A stretch of 32,000 nt of DNA from Bellilinea caldifistulae (GTDB lineage: Bacteria > Chloroflexota > Anaerolineae > Anaerolineales > Anaerolineaceae). The position numbers and the translations under genes are program-made. The stretch spans positions 240,001 to 272,000 of the forward strand of contig NZ_LGHJ01000012.1 in assembly GCF_001306055.1 (NCBI RefSeq). Direction: 5' to 3'. The notes under the pieces were generated by a model that saw only the letters and a list, made by a program, of their open reading frames with translations, was not told the origin of the DNA and did not search any database. Shown in pieces: positions 22,352 to 32,000 of this stretch; the stretch's first letter is position 1, and every line of letters starts with the position of its first letter.

Positions 22352-24982
22352 ATGAAAGGGCGGTCAGGTTTCTTCTGGATTATCGCAGTTTGGATTGCGC
22401 TGCTGAGCGGCTGGCTGGCAGTTCCGCCTCGGGCTGGCGCGGATTCGATGTTCACCGACGATCAGCCGCCGGTGGACATTGAAGTCCTGCGGGAGATTCA
22501 GGAAGAAGGCAGCGCCGACTACTGGATCACCTTTGACACGAGCGTGGATCTCTCCCCCGCCATGTGGATGGATTGGGAGGAACGCGGCCGATACGTGTAC
22601 GAGCAGCTGACGCGCACCGCTCAACTGACTCAGGCGCGCGTTCAAACAGAGCTGCAGCGCCGCGGGGTGCGTTTCCAGTCCTTCTGGATTCAAAACGCCA
22701 TTTATGTGGAAGGCTCGAACCAGGCCACCCTCCAGCAAGTCTTGAATTATCCGGAGATTCAATCCATCCGTGCCCCGCGCCAGATCTACCTGCACGATCC
22801 TCAGCGCCCCCTTTTCCTGCCGGTCACCGTTCAGGCGGTGGAAGATAACCTGAGCCGAATCCAGGCTCCGCAGGTTTGGAATATCGGTGTAACAGGGCGC
22901 GGCCTGACGGTTGCAAACATTGATACCGGTGTGCACTACACCCACCGCGCCCTGATCAACGCCTACCGCGGCAATCTGGGCGGGGGTAACTTTTCCCATG
23001 ACTACAACTGGTTCGATCCGTATACGTTGACAGGCGCCCCGCTCGATAACAACGGACACGGCACCCATACGATGGGGATCATGGTCGGAAAGGACGGCAG
23101 CAACAATCAAATTGGGGTGGCGCCGGGGGCAGACTGGATCGCCTGCCGCGGCTGCAAAGGCAACACCTGCGGCGAGGCTCAATTGCTGGCCTGCGCCCAA
23201 TTTGTGCTGGCGCCCACCCGTACCGACGCTACCCAACCCAACCCCGACCTGCGTCCGCACGTGGTCAACAACTCGTGGGGAGACTGCGGCAGACAATATG
23301 ACAACTGGTTTCAAAACGCGGTCAATGCCTGGCTGGCGGCCGGCATTTACCCCGTTTTTTCCAACGGCAATGCAGGTGGATGCGGCTATCCTTTCCCGCC
23401 CGGTTTGAACACGGTTGGCAACCCGGCGCGTTACGGCAATGTGACCGGGGTGGGTTCCAGCGGTAAAAGCAACGGCGAGTATGCCGCCCACTCCAACTGG
23501 GGCCCAACCGACAATCCCGACACTATCAACCCGCGTCAGGGGTTCGCCACCCTCAAACCGCAGGTACTGGCACCGGGGGTCTCCATTCGCTCGGCTTATA
23601 CCGGAACGGACACGGCTTACGCTAACCTCAACGGAACATCCATGTCCGCGCCGCATGTGGCCGGGTTGGTAGCGTTGATCTGGCAGGCGGCGCCCTGTCT
23701 GGTGGGCAACTACGCCCTCACCGAAACAATCATCGAACAAACCGCCACCCCGGTGTATTACGACGACGGCTCGCCTGCCACACCGACCAACCTGCCCAAT
23801 TACGCCGCCGGCTGGGGTGAAATCAACGCCCTGGCCGCCGTGCAGGAAGCCCAACGCCGTTGTACGGCCAGTGCAAACCTGCAAGGGCTGGTGCGCGGCA
23901 GCCAGGAATGCAATGTGTCTCATTTTATGCCGATCCATGGTGCCACCATCACCGTTTATCCAGCCGAAACGCCCGGCCAGCCGCTCCGCATCACCACCAC
24001 CGCCGCCGACGGTACCTACCGCCTGACTTTAAGCGCCGGCAACTACCGTCTGATGGTTTCCGCCCCTGGAATGGTCGCTCAGGAAACCAATGTGAGCCTT
24101 TCACCCGGCCAGACCCTGGTGCAAAACTTTGATTTGATGTCGGACCACCCCTGCCTGCAATCCGACGTGAGCGTCCTTCAAGTGGAATTACTCGGCGGTG
24201 AGCAAACCGCTCAGCAGCTCACCCTTTCGAATTCCGGCTGGCAGGAAACCCTCTTTTCCGTCGCCAAGCGGGTAATCAGTCAGCCGTCCATTCTGGCAGA
24301 TGGCGGTTTCGAACTGGGAACTACGTCAGAAAGCCCGTGGCAGCAGTACTCCCGCCTGTTTGGTACCCCTTTATGCAGCGTGGCTACCTGCGGCGGATAC
24401 GGGACGGTACTGCCGCACAGCGGTCAGTGGTGGGCATGGTTTGGCGGAGCAACCCAGCCCGAAGAAGGCTGGCTTGAACAGAGGGTCACCATCCCGCCGG
24501 GCAGGGCTTTCCTGCGCTATTACCTGCAAATTAAGGGATGCGGCAGCCCCAACGATTTCATTCAGATTTCCATGGACGATAACGTGGTTTGGGAACTAAC
24601 CACCAGCGGCATCAAATGTTGGGAAAGTGAATATAGCCGTCGGGAGGTGGATTTATCGGCTTTTGCCGACGGCCAAACCCATCGCTTGCAAGTGTATTCC
24701 CTGCAAACCACCTCCGCCACGACCAATATTTACCTGGATGACCTGTTGCTGTGGCAGGAAGCCGACTGGCTGCAGGTTGAACCGCAAAGCGGCAGCCTGC
24801 CACCCGGCAGCACAATTCCCCTCAACCTGACGGTCAATAGCGCGGGTTTACCGCCGGGCATGCACCGGGCCGTGATAGAACTTCGCAGCGGCGAGGAAAT
24901 CCTCAGCGAGATTCTGGTTGAGGTAAAAGTCAACGCGCCGTATCAGTACTACTTCCCCTTCGTCGGCAACGGCCATCGCTGA
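22352..24982 (+). CDS. secreted S8 (subtilisin-family) serine peptidase with I9-like propeptide and C-terminal beta-sandwich domains
   Basis: Catalytic triad blocks VANIDTGV (Asp), HGTHTMG (His), GTSMSAPHVAG (Ser). I chose the ATG at 22352 (GAAGGGA upstream), which gives signal peptide FFWIIAVWIALLSGWLAVPPRAGA. A CarboxypepD_reg-like segment (TITVYPA...DGTYRLTLSAGNYRLMVSAPG) is present. Confidence 0.9.
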   Translation: MKGRSGFFWIIAVWIALLSGWLAVPPRAGADSMFTDDQPPVDIEVLREIQEEGSADYWITFDTSVDLSPAMWMDWEERGRYVYEQLTRTAQLTQARVQTELQRRGVRFQSFWIQNAIYVEGSNQATLQQVLNYPEIQSIRAPRQIYLHDPQRPLFLPVTVQAVEDNLSRIQAPQVWNIGVTGRGLTVANIDTGVHYTHRALINAYRGNLGGGNFSHDYNWFDPYTLTGAPLDNNGHGTHTMGIMVGKDGSNNQIGVAPGADWIACRGCKGNTCGEAQLLACAQFVLAPTRTDATQPNPDLRPHVVNNSWGDCGRQYDNWFQNAVNAWLAAGIYPVFSNGNAGGCGYPFPPGLNTVGNPARYGNVTGVGSSGKSNGEYAAHSNWGPTDNPDTINPRQGFATLKPQVLAPGVSIRSAYTGTDTAYANLNGTSMSAPHVAGLVALIWQAAPCLVGNYALTETIIEQTATPVYYDDGSPATPTNLPNYAAGWGEINALAAVQEAQRRCTASANLQGLVRGSQECNVSHFMPIHGATITVYPAETPGQPLRITTTAADGTYRLTLSAGNYRLMVSAPGMVAQETNVSLSPGQTLVQNFDLMSDHPCLQSDVSVLQVELLGGEQTAQQLTLSNSGWQETLFSVAKRVISQPSILADGGFELGTTSESPWQQYSRLFGTPLCSVATCGGYGTVLPHSGQWWAWFGGATQPEEGWLEQRVTIPPGRAFLRYYLQIKGCGSPNDFIQISMDDNVVWELTTSGIKCWESEYSRREVDLSAFADGQTHRLQVYSLQTTSATTNIYLDDLLLWQEADWLQVEPQSGSLPPGSTIPLNLTVNSAGLPPGMHRAVIELRSGEEILSEILVEVKVNAPYQYYFPFVGNGHR

Positions 24983-24985
24983 ACC

Positions 24986-26158
24986 TCAACGCAGGTACTT
25001 GAGACCGGTGCCGGTATTCAGCAGCAGCACCTGCTCATCAGCGGCTAACCAGTTGCTCTCGATCAGGTGGTGCAAAGCCGCCACGTTGGCAGCCCCTTCG
25101 GGGGCGGCGAAAATTCCCTCACAACGCGCCAGTTGTTGCTGCGCCCGCATCATCTCCTCATCGCTGACCGCCAGTGCCAGCCCGTTGCTTTCGTACAGCG
25201 TTTGCAGGATGAGACGATCCCCAAAACTCTTTGGCACCCGTAAACCGGAGGCCTGAGTATGAGCATTCTGCCAGAACTCGCAAGTCTCCGCCCGCTTTTC
25301 AAATGCCGCTACAACCGGCGCACAGCCGGCTGCCTGCACCGCCACCATGCGCGGCAGGTGATCTCCTTCCAGCCAGCCCAACCGGCGCAGCTCGCCAAAC
25401 GCCTTCCAGATCGCCGCCAGCCCCATCCCTCCACCAGCCGGATAGACAATCACATCCGGCAAACGCCAGTCAAACGCCTCGGCGATTTCGTAACCCATCG
25501 TCTTCTTTCCTTCCATGCGATACGGCTCTTTGAAAGTGGACACATCCAATGCTCCGTTTTGGCGGGCCGCCTCCACCGAAAGGCGCGCCGCATCGCTGAT
25601 CAGTCCCTCGACCAGAGTCACTTCAGCCCCGGTAATGCGCGACTCTTCGATATTTGCAAGAGGGGTATCCGCCGGCATGAATACCTGAGCAGGAATGCCC
25701 GCCCGGGCAGCGTAGGCTGCTAAGGCTCCGCCGGCGTTGCCGGCAGTTGGAATGGTCAGCCGCTGCACACCCAATTCTCTGGCTCGCGAAACAGCCGCCG
25801 AAAGCCCACGCGCCTTGAACGTACCGGTTGGGTTCAGGCTCTCGTCTTTCAAGTACAGGCGTTGAAGTCCAAGTTCATCCCCCAGCCGTGCCAAAGTCAG
25901 AATGGGCGTATCTCCTTCTCCCAGCGTCACGATGTGGGCTTCATCCCCCACCGGCAGCAGCTCATGCCAGCGCCACATTCCCTTGCGGCGGGCTTGAAAT
26001 TGATCACGCTTTAGATGAGCAGCAGCCGCAGTCCAGTCGTAATCTGCCAGCAGCGGAGTCTGGCAGATGGGACAGAAGGTCTGTACCTGATGGGCATCAT
26101 AGGTTTGCCCGCAATGAGAACATTCCAGATGGCTCAGGTAGGAAAAAGGGGTGTTCAT
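24986..26158 (-). CDS. thrC: threonine synthase
   Basis: N-terminal zinc ribbon CSHCGQTY...CPIC. PLP-lysine motif NPTGTFKARG. Also TAGNAGGALAAYAARAG and the overall PALP fold pattern. Convergent with the S8 gene, with a 3-nt gap. Confidence 0.9.
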   Translation of the reverse strand: MNTPFSYLSHLECSHCGQTYDAHQVQTFCPICQTPLLADYDWTAAAAHLKRDQFQARRKGMWRWHELLPVGDEAHIVTLGEGDTPILTLARLGDELGLQRLYLKDESLNPTGTFKARGLSAAVSRARELGVQRLTIPTAGNAGGALAAYAARAGIPAQVFMPADTPLANIEESRITGAEVTLVEGLISDAARLSVEAARQNGALDVSTFKEPYRMEGKKTMGYEIAEAFDWRLPDVIVYPAGGGMGLAAIWKAFGELRRLGWLEGDHLPRMVAVQAAGCAPVVAAFEKRAETCEFWQNAHTQASGLRVPKSFGDRLILQTLYESNGLALAVSDEEMMRAQQQLARCEGIFAAPEGAANVAALHHLIESNWLAADEQVLLLNTGTGLKYLR

Positions 26159-26190
26159 GCGCCGCGGTAAACTCCTCTTGTCGGGTGGGA

Positions 26191-26218
26191 TTGGTCAGCC
26201 TGCCTGCGTTATTATAAT
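26191..26218 (+). promoter_or_regulatory. sigma70-like promoter TTGGTC-16-TATAAT upstream of the MFS gene
   Basis: -35 at 26191-26196, 16-nt spacer, perfect -10 at 26213-26218, in the divergent thrC/MFS intergenic region. Confidence 0.5.
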
Positions 26219-26298
26219 CCGTCAGGTCTTTTCATTCTGGGGATTTAGGGATAAGATTGGCGCGTTCAAAAAGATTTTGAGAGCAATACCAGCCACCC

Positions 26299-27567
26299 AT
26301 GAAGCCGGTTTTCCACCTGCCTCCTGCTTTACACCATCGCAAATTTGCCCTGTTGTGGGCCGGCATGTTGATTTCGGTAGCCGGTTCACAAATGCAGTTA
26401 TGGGCCTTGTTCTGGCACATCCGCAGCCTCAGTGATCAGCCGGTAGCGGTCAGCGGGGTTGGTGTAGCACGCTTCCTGCCCATTCTGCTTCTCTCATTGT
26501 TTGCCGGTCTGGTGGCCGACCGCCACAACCGCCGGCGCGTCATGCTGACCACCCAATCCCTGATGATGCTCACGGCTCTGGCGCTGGCCGGGCTGACGGC
26601 TTTTGGGGTCATTCAATTGTGGCACATCTACCTGTTGACCGCCCTGCAAGCCGCCGCCATCGCTTTTGATACACCGGCCCGTCAGGCGTTGATTCCCAAC
26701 CTGCTGCCCAAAGCAGACCTGCCCAGCGCATTCAGCCTGAACTCGATTGCGATGACCACCGGTTCGATTGTCGGCCCGGCGCTCAGCGGTGTGGTGATTG
26801 CTTACGCCGGGCAGGAATTCACCTACCTTTTCAACGCCGTTTCATACCTTGCCGTGATCGGCGCTCTGATTGCCATGGGAGAGGTGCCCCAGCAATCAGC
26901 CGCACGGCTCAGCCCCATCCGCGGGATAGACTGGCCGGCCATCCGGCAGGGCATCCGCTTCATCCTCAACTCACCCATCATCCTCTCCTCCATGCTATTG
27001 GACTTCCTGGCGACCTTCTTTTCCTCGGCCAACACCCTGCTGCCCTTCATTGCGCAGGATATTCTGCGAGTCGGGCCGGTGGAATATGGCTGGCTGGCAG
27101 GCGCTCAGTCCATCGGCGGCATACTGGCGGGGCTGGCACTCTCCCAGCGCAGTAACCTCCGTCGGCAGGGTATGATTTTGCTTGATGCGGTGCTGGTGTT
27201 TGGAGCAGCCACCATTGTTTTCGGTCTCTCGCGCTGGTTCTGGTTGACTTTCCTCGCGCTGGCGCTGATCGGCGGGGCGGATGCCGTTTCCACGGTGCTA
27301 CGCAATACCATCCGCCAATTGCAAACGCCGGACGCACTGCGCGGACGCATGGTGAGCATAAACCAGATCTTCTTCATGGGAGGCCCGCAGCTGGGTGAAA
27401 TCGAAGCTGGTCTGGTTGCGCAGGCTTTCGGTGTGCCAACCGCCATCATCACCGGGGGGATTGGCTGCATTCTGGCGGTGGGTCTTATCACCTGGCGCTG
27501 GCCGCAGTTGCGCCGTTTCAACGGTGATGAGCCGGTTCTGGCGGGCGCTGCCAGTCCGGCCGATTGA
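26299..27567 (+). CDS. MFS transporter (EntS/MFS_3-like, 12 TM)
   Basis: N-terminus HRKFALLWAGMLISVAGSQMQLWALFW and the loop motif GLVADRHNRRRVM are typical of this MFS subfamily. About 12 hydrophobic segments. Confidence 0.85.
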   Translation: MKPVFHLPPALHHRKFALLWAGMLISVAGSQMQLWALFWHIRSLSDQPVAVSGVGVARFLPILLLSLFAGLVADRHNRRRVMLTTQSLMMLTALALAGLTAFGVIQLWHIYLLTALQAAAIAFDTPARQALIPNLLPKADLPSAFSLNSIAMTTGSIVGPALSGVVIAYAGQEFTYLFNAVSYLAVIGALIAMGEVPQQSAARLSPIRGIDWPAIRQGIRFILNSPIILSSMLLDFLATFFSSANTLLPFIAQDILRVGPVEYGWLAGAQSIGGILAGLALSQRSNLRRQGMILLDAVLVFGAATIVFGLSRWFWLTFLALALIGGADAVSTVLRNTIRQLQTPDALRGRMVSINQIFFMGGPQLGEIEAGLVAQAFGVPTAIITGGIGCILAVGLITWRWPQLRRFNGDEPVLAGAASPAD

Positions 27568-27798
27568 ACGCTCCCGCCTGTCCTTGAGAGACCCGGTTCA
27601 AAGTCGAGAATTCAACACCGGGAAGGGGAACCCCCACCCACACTGTCAGGTGTCACAACACCCGGCATCCGATTAGCGGGTGCTTACGTCATCGCCATCC
27701 ACCGCAAGACGGCGTGGCACCTATCCCCAACTGACCTTGACCAGGACTTCACAAATGATTGTCTTTTCGGCTCGCAGCAGGTACCATAAAACGAAACC

Positions 27799-28671
27799 AT
27801 GCTGATTCGAATTCGCGAATTTCTCCTGGATCGGTTAACCGGCACTCCTTCCGACCGCGTCTTGAATGAGTCCACCGGGCGCGCCCCGACTCTTACACCT
27901 TCCCAACCGCTGGACGAAGCCCTGCGCGGGTTGATGAACCGTCTGATCGGCGAAGCCGTCAGCCCGGACGGCAGCCGGGTGGACTATGCCCGCCTGCGCA
28001 CCAGTCCGCTGTTCCGAGAAGATTTCATGGAACTGGCAGCCGGACTGGCTCATTTTAATCCAGCCGACCTTCCCGAATTACCGCAGCAAATGAGTTTCTG
28101 GATCAACATCTACAACGTACTGGTGCTGCACGGCGTAATTGCGCTGGGGGTGCAGCGCTCGGTGAGCGAACGCTGGGCGGGCTTAACCTTTTTCCGACAG
28201 GCTGCTTACCGGATAGGCGGGCAGCGGCTCTCTCTGGATGACATCGAACATGGCATTTTGCGCGTCAATCGGGGTCATCCCTTGCTGCCCGGCGCTCAGT
28301 TTGCCGATGGCGACCCGCGCCTGGACTGGGTCCTACCGCGCCTTGATGAACGCATTCATTTCACGCTCAACTGCGCCAGCCGTTCCTGTCCGCCGATTGG
28401 GGTGTACCAACCGGAACAGCTCGACCGGCAGCTTGACCTTGCTACGGCTCATTTTGTAGATCAAGACGTCGAACGGCCAACGGGAAACAGCCTGCGCCTT
28501 TCCAGCATCTTCCGCTGGTATCAGGGTGATTTCGGCGGCAAAGAGGGGGTGATTGACTTTTTACGACGCTATCTACCGGAAAACGACCCCCGCCGTGAAT
28601 GGATCGAAACGCACCGCCACACCCTTAGCCTGATTTATCGTCCGTATGATTGGGGTTTAAATCAATTCTAG
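27799..28671 (+). CDS. DUF547 domain-containing protein
   Basis: FWINIYNVLVLHGVI ... IHFTLNCASRSCPPI ... SSIFRWYQGDFGG match the conserved DUF547 blocks as I remember them. Confidence 0.75.
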   Translation: MLIRIREFLLDRLTGTPSDRVLNESTGRAPTLTPSQPLDEALRGLMNRLIGEAVSPDGSRVDYARLRTSPLFREDFMELAAGLAHFNPADLPELPQQMSFWINIYNVLVLHGVIALGVQRSVSERWAGLTFFRQAAYRIGGQRLSLDDIEHGILRVNRGHPLLPGAQFADGDPRLDWVLPRLDERIHFTLNCASRSCPPIGVYQPEQLDRQLDLATAHFVDQDVERPTGNSLRLSSIFRWYQGDFGGKEGVIDFLRRYLPENDPRREWIETHRHTLSLIYRPYDWGLNQF

Positions 28672-28854
28672 AAAAAACACCCAAAACACGCCAGTTTTGC
28701 CGCCTTAGGGCACTGCCTAGCACGCGTTCCAAGGCGCGGGGGTACAACGGCGAAGTGGAACAAATTGGATGGATGAAATCTGCAACCGAATCGGATATTT
28801 TTCGTTAAAATGATAGTGAAAGGGGGTAAAACCCATTCAGACAAGGAGATTTCC

Positions 28855-30009
28855 ATGCTCAACGACTTAAAATTTTGTCAATTTTGCGGTGCGCCGCTGG
28901 AAGCGGATATGAAAGTCTGCGCAGGCTGCGGGCAGCCGGTTGGCGGCAGCGGTTCTCCCATGGAGTATTTGCAAAGCAGCCCGGAAACCCCGGCAACGCC
29001 ATCTACGCCGCCGGCAAGCTTTACCGAAACCGCCCCTGCTGAACCACCCGCGGAAGAAACGCCAGCACCCCCGCCGCCTCCGCCTCCGGCTGCCACGTTT
29101 TCTCCCCCACCCTCCGGCAGCGGTAAGAGCAAATTTCCCACCTGGTTGATTGTGGTACTGGTGCTGGTGGTGTTGTGCTGCTGCCTGACTTTTGTAATTG
29201 GCGGAATCGCGCTCTTTCAATTTGTGAGCGAAGGGAGTGTTTCGGAAGATGGGATCGTTCCGCCGATTGTTGAGACCTTTGTGCCGTTAAACGCCACGGA
29301 GGAGCCCTTTGTGGTGGCCACTCAACCAATCGAGCTGATGGAAACTGCCCTTGCCCCCCTGGCAACCCTGATACCGGAGGCTACGCTGGCTGTCCTTCCG
29401 ACTCTCCCTGCCCAGCCGGGAATCGGGCAAAGCCTGACCGAAGACACTTTGATGGACGACTTTTCATCCAACCTGTTCGAGTGGGCTGAGGAAGCCGATG
29501 ACATTTCCGTCCACGGCTTTCGGGATGGACGTTACTTCATTCAAGTTCTCCAGCCAGAGTACTTTGCATGGTCATTTATCCCCACCGATTTCAACCCGAC
29601 TTTTATCCGCTTTAATGTTCAGGTAGAAGGAAATGCCAGTGAAGGCACCTTTGGGATCATGTGCAACTTTCAAGACAGCAGCAATTACGACTACGTCGAA
29701 ATTGACCTTGATGCACGCAGCTACCAAATCGGCAGGGAACAAAACGACGAATTCACCCCGTTTACATCCAGCGACTGGGTAGATGCTCTTTACCTGCAGG
29801 ACGACCCCTACGCCGTCAATCAGATCAGCGTGCGCTGCACCCCCGAAAACATCCGCCTGGAAATTAACGGCAACCTCGAAGCAGACATCAACTTCATACC
29901 TGCTGAACCGGATGGCTGGGTGGCGCTTTATGCCGCCTCATGGGACAACCTTTCACCCACTGGCTTCACCGTCTACTTCGATGACCTGATGGCAACGATT
30001 AAAGAGTAA
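28855..30009 (+). CDS. zinc-ribbon / Pro-rich linker / single-TM protein with an extracytoplasmic jelly-roll-like domain
   Basis: I chose the ATG at 28855 (AAGGAG upstream). Zinc ribbon CQFCGAPL...CAGCG. Pro-rich low-complexity region (PAPPPPPPPAATFSPPP). TM segment WLIVVLVLVVLCCCLTFVIGGIALF. The C-terminal ~190 aa are beta-rich. Confidence 0.7.
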   Translation: MLNDLKFCQFCGAPLEADMKVCAGCGQPVGGSGSPMEYLQSSPETPATPSTPPASFTETAPAEPPAEETPAPPPPPPPAATFSPPPSGSGKSKFPTWLIVVLVLVVLCCCLTFVIGGIALFQFVSEGSVSEDGIVPPIVETFVPLNATEEPFVVATQPIELMETALAPLATLIPEATLAVLPTLPAQPGIGQSLTEDTLMDDFSSNLFEWAEEADDISVHGFRDGRYFIQVLQPEYFAWSFIPTDFNPTFIRFNVQVEGNASEGTFGIMCNFQDSSNYDYVEIDLDARSYQIGREQNDEFTPFTSSDWVDALYLQDDPYAVNQISVRCTPENIRLEINGNLEADINFIPAEPDGWVALYAASWDNLSPTGFTVYFDDLMATIKE

Positions 30010-30062
30010 GAAACTGTTGGTGTGGTTTTTAGCCGGTGGAACGACCCGGCTGAAGAAGGACT

Positions 30063-30091
30063 TTGACAACCGAGGTAATTTCCTCTATGAT
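30063..30091 (+). promoter_or_regulatory. strong sigma70-like promoter TTGACA-17-TATGAT
   Basis: Perfect -35 at 30063-30068, exact 17-nt spacer, -10 TATGAT at 30086-30091. It lies 44 nt upstream of the small membrane-protein gene, which has an AGGAGG SD. Confidence 0.6.
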
Positions 30092-30134
30092 ATTAAAAAC
30101 GCTGAGATGAGGTATTTTCTCAGGAGGTGAAGCC

Positions 30135-30404
30135 ATGCCCGGGCCTTTTCAAATGCCGCCCTTGCCTCAACTGCCCTTCTACATCAACCCTTTCCTGTTG
30201 TGGGGGATCATTCTCGTGGCTGCCGTATTGCTGGCATGGACTTTCTTCCGCTTCATTTTTGCAGAACCGGGGGAAAGAGTTGGCGCGTTGGTGCCTTTCA
30301 TGCTGGTTGTGATCGGCTTGTTTTTGCTTTACCTGATCGCGGACAATGCGCCGGCAATCACGGCTTTCTTTCGCCGTCTGACCGCTCCGCTTTTTCGCTG
30401 GTGA
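30135..30404 (+). CDS. small membrane protein (89 aa, 2 TM), hypothetical
   Basis: AGGAGG lies 7 nt upstream of the ATG. Two clear hydrophobic helices (LLWGIILVAAVLLAWTFFRFIF and LVPFMLVVIGLFLLYLI). A good promoter sits upstream. Confidence 0.6.
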   Translation: MPGPFQMPPLPQLPFYINPFLLWGIILVAAVLLAWTFFRFIFAEPGERVGALVPFMLVVIGLFLLYLIADNAPAITAFFRRLTAPLFRW

Positions 30405-30414
30405 CCCTCCAGCG
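30396..30414. terminator. 6-bp hairpin between convergent genes (CGCTGG-N7-CCAGCG), no U-tract
   Basis: Read directly from the sequence. It overlaps the stop codon of the small membrane-protein gene. It lacks a T-run in either direction, so it is weak as a terminator. Confidence 0.3.
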
Positions 30415-30418
30415 AAGA

Positions 30419-31318
30419 TTAATCCTCTTCCGGCGGCGGCGCAGCAGCATCCCCATACGCCATCAGCAGGGCAAACTGGGTAATTGCGTTGTACACATCC
30501 TCTAACTGGCTCTGTAAAGTCAAGTCACTGACAAAGTCCGGCTCTCCCAGTCGCTTGAGCAGCGGCTGGGGGATTTCGGGGGCGCGCACCTGAACCGAGA
30601 AATCGCGGATATGTTCTCCAATCTGCCAGAAATGTTCAATCTGTTCTTCCAGCGGACTGTGTTCTTCCTTCGGGCGGGGCGGCGGTTGATCATCCACCTG
30701 CAAGGTTGGCGGTTCGCCGTTCGAACGCCGGGCGCGCAGCGAGGCGAGAATCTGTTCCTGCGAACGCCCGCGCATGCGGAAGAGCAGGAAGGGATCTTCG
30801 TCGAACCGCTCCCCCAGAATGTAATGTACCGCGGCAATGTGTTTGCAGGGGTTGGCTTTATCGGGGCAGGAACAGGTGGTAATCAAATCGTGGTGCGTTT
30901 GCGGAAATAGACTGACCCCAGCGCTGGCAAAGGCTTCCTCGATATTTGCCGGCATTTCCCCGGCCAGCAGTTGCGCCGCAAAAATGGCCTGATCGGCCAG
31001 CACATTCAGCACCTTGCTCCACTGGGCGTTGGTCAGGTGGGTCAATCGGATGGTAACCCGGTAGGGTTTGGGGCGGGAGCCTTGCACCCGCGCTGTGATG
31101 CCTTCCTTATCCTCATCAATGGAAATTACCTGACCCTGCCGTGCGTAGTACTTGCCGCGCGCCAGCCGCGGCGCCGAAACCAGATTTTCCATTGCTGCAA
31201 TCCAGCGGCGCGCCCACCAGTTTTTTCCAAAAGATCCCCTTACGCTGTGAGCGCGGATGCCGCCGCGCACCTTGCGCGGGCTTAACCCCCATCCCCAGCC
31301 TTCCATTTCATCGTCCAT
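30419..31318 (-). CDS. SWIM zinc-finger protein (partner of the SNF2 helicase)
   Basis: SWIM motif CSCPDKANPCKHIAAVH (CxC-xn-C-xH). N-terminal FGKNWWARRWIAAMENL is typical of SNF2-associated SWIM proteins. It starts 24 nt after the SNF2 gene stop. Confidence 0.85.
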   Translation of the reverse strand: MDDEMEGWGWGLSPRKVRGGIRAHSVRGSFGKNWWARRWIAAMENLVSAPRLARGKYYARQGQVISIDEDKEGITARVQGSRPKPYRVTIRLTHLTNAQWSKVLNVLADQAIFAAQLLAGEMPANIEEAFASAGVSLFPQTHHDLITTCSCPDKANPCKHIAAVHYILGERFDEDPFLLFRMRGRSQEQILASLRARRSNGEPPTLQVDDQPPPRPKEEHSPLEEQIEHFWQIGEHIRDFSVQVRAPEIPQPLLKRLGEPDFVSDLTLQSQLEDVYNAITQFALLMAYGDAAAPPPEED

Positions 31319-31342
31319 AAACTCCGTTGCCTCTCCCTTGGA

Positions 31343-32000
31343 TCACACCGGACGGCGCAGCATGACCAGTTCGCGCAGTTCCTCGGTGGACAATTCGGTC
31401 AACCACTCCTCACCGGTGCCGATGATAGACTGCGCCAGCCCCTTCTTGGATTCAATCATCTCGTCAATCCGTTCTTCCAGCGTGCCAACCGTGATGAATT
31501 TATGCACCTGTACATTGCGGGTCTGACCGATGCGGAAGGCGCGGTCGGTGGCCTGATCTTCCACCGCCGGGTTCCACCAACGGTCAAAGTGAAACACATG
31601 GCTGGCGCTGGTCAGGTTGAGTCCAAACCCGCCCGCCTTCAAAGAAAGAATGAAAATCGGCGGGGCGCTGGGGTCTTCCTGAAAACGGCGTACCATCTGA
31701 TCACGCGCTGCCGGTGGAGTGCCACCGTGCAGGTAATACACCGGGCAGCCCAGCATCTGCGGCAGGTACTGGCTGAGCAGGTGTCCCATCTCGGCAAACT
31801 GAGTAAACACCAGGGCGCGGTCGCCACTCTCCAAAATTTCTTCCAGCATCTCACCCAGGCGGGTCAATTTGCCGCTGCGCCCGTTGGTGTGGTTGCCGAA
31901 AGGTTCGCGCTCAGCCGGCTGTTTAAGAAAGTGAGCCGGATGATTGCAAACCTGTTTTAACTGGGTGAGCATGGTCAACACCAGCCCGCGCCGGGTGATG
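31343..32000 (-). CDS. SNF2-family (Swi2/Snf2, HepA/RapA-like) helicase, C-terminal part; gene continues beyond the window
   Basis: The frame stays open to the window edge ([21 protein letters not shown]). Helicase-C motifs [54 protein letters not shown] (motifs V/VI). Confidence 0.9.
   Translation of the reverse strand, partial: ITRRGLVLTMLTQLKQVCNHPAHFLKQPAEREPFGNHTNGRSGKLTRLGEMLEEILESGDRALVFTQFAEMGHLLSQYLPQMLGCPVYYLHGGTPPAARDQMVRRFQEDPSAPPIFILSLKAGGFGLNLTSASHVFHFDRWWNPAVEDQATDRAFRIGQTRNVQVHKFITVGTLEERIDEMIESKKGLAQSIIGTGEEWLTELSTEELRELVMLRRPV

Noticed and set aside
22364-23938. 524-aa ORF on the minus strand
   Set aside because: It is entirely antisense to the S8 peptidase gene, which has an unambiguous Asp/His/Ser triad. 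The composition is Arg/Gly/Val-rich and low-complexity, typical of shadow ORFs in GC-rich DNA. There is no SD.
27568-27798. tRNA or riboswitch in the 230-bp MFS/DUF547 intergenic region (GGTTCAAAGTC resembles a T-loop)
   Set aside because: No acceptor or anticodon stems can be built around it. There are only short unrelated hairpins (CCCGGT-N19-ACCGGG). There is no support for an RNA gene.

Overview
This is a 32-kb window from a moderately high-GC bacterial chromosome (roughly 57-60% GC by spot counts of single 60-nt lines). No rRNA, tRNA or CRISPR array was seen. Most of the window is housekeeping and transport genes. These are the 3' end of a metal ABC importer (ATPase plus ABC-3 permease), a C39-like peptidase-domain protein, and an Rrf2-family regulator whose stop overlaps a complete pstSCAB phosphate importer. 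Further along are two divergently transcribed secreted proteins, msrA, an L,D-transpeptidase, a CPA1-type K+/H+ antiporter, a Cys/Met-metabolism PLP enzyme, a large S8 subtilase, thrC, an MFS transporter, a DUF547-type protein and a zinc-ribbon membrane protein. A SWIM plus SNF2-helicase pair runs off the right edge. The accessory part is about 9.5-18.1 kb and has three components. (i) A tightly coupled three-gene minus-strand operon (9538-12224) encodes proteins I cannot assign to any family, two of which look paralogous. (ii) A 750-bp AT-rich spacer contains a ~70-codon stump of an IntI-type tyrosine recombinase, broken by an in-frame TGA and a homopolymer frameshift. (iii) Cassette-like units are bounded by GTTAGGC / GCCTAAC...GTTAGCC core sites. 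The first carries a 1368-aa SF1 (Upf1/Dna2-like) helicase fused to a Vsr/DUF559-like nuclease domain. The second carries a frameshifted ~200-aa unknown gene. I read this as a decayed chromosomal integron whose main cargo is a single-protein helicase-nuclease (defence-like) module, sitting next to an uncharacterised three-gene system. All family assignments come from motif recognition by eye; no database search was possible.
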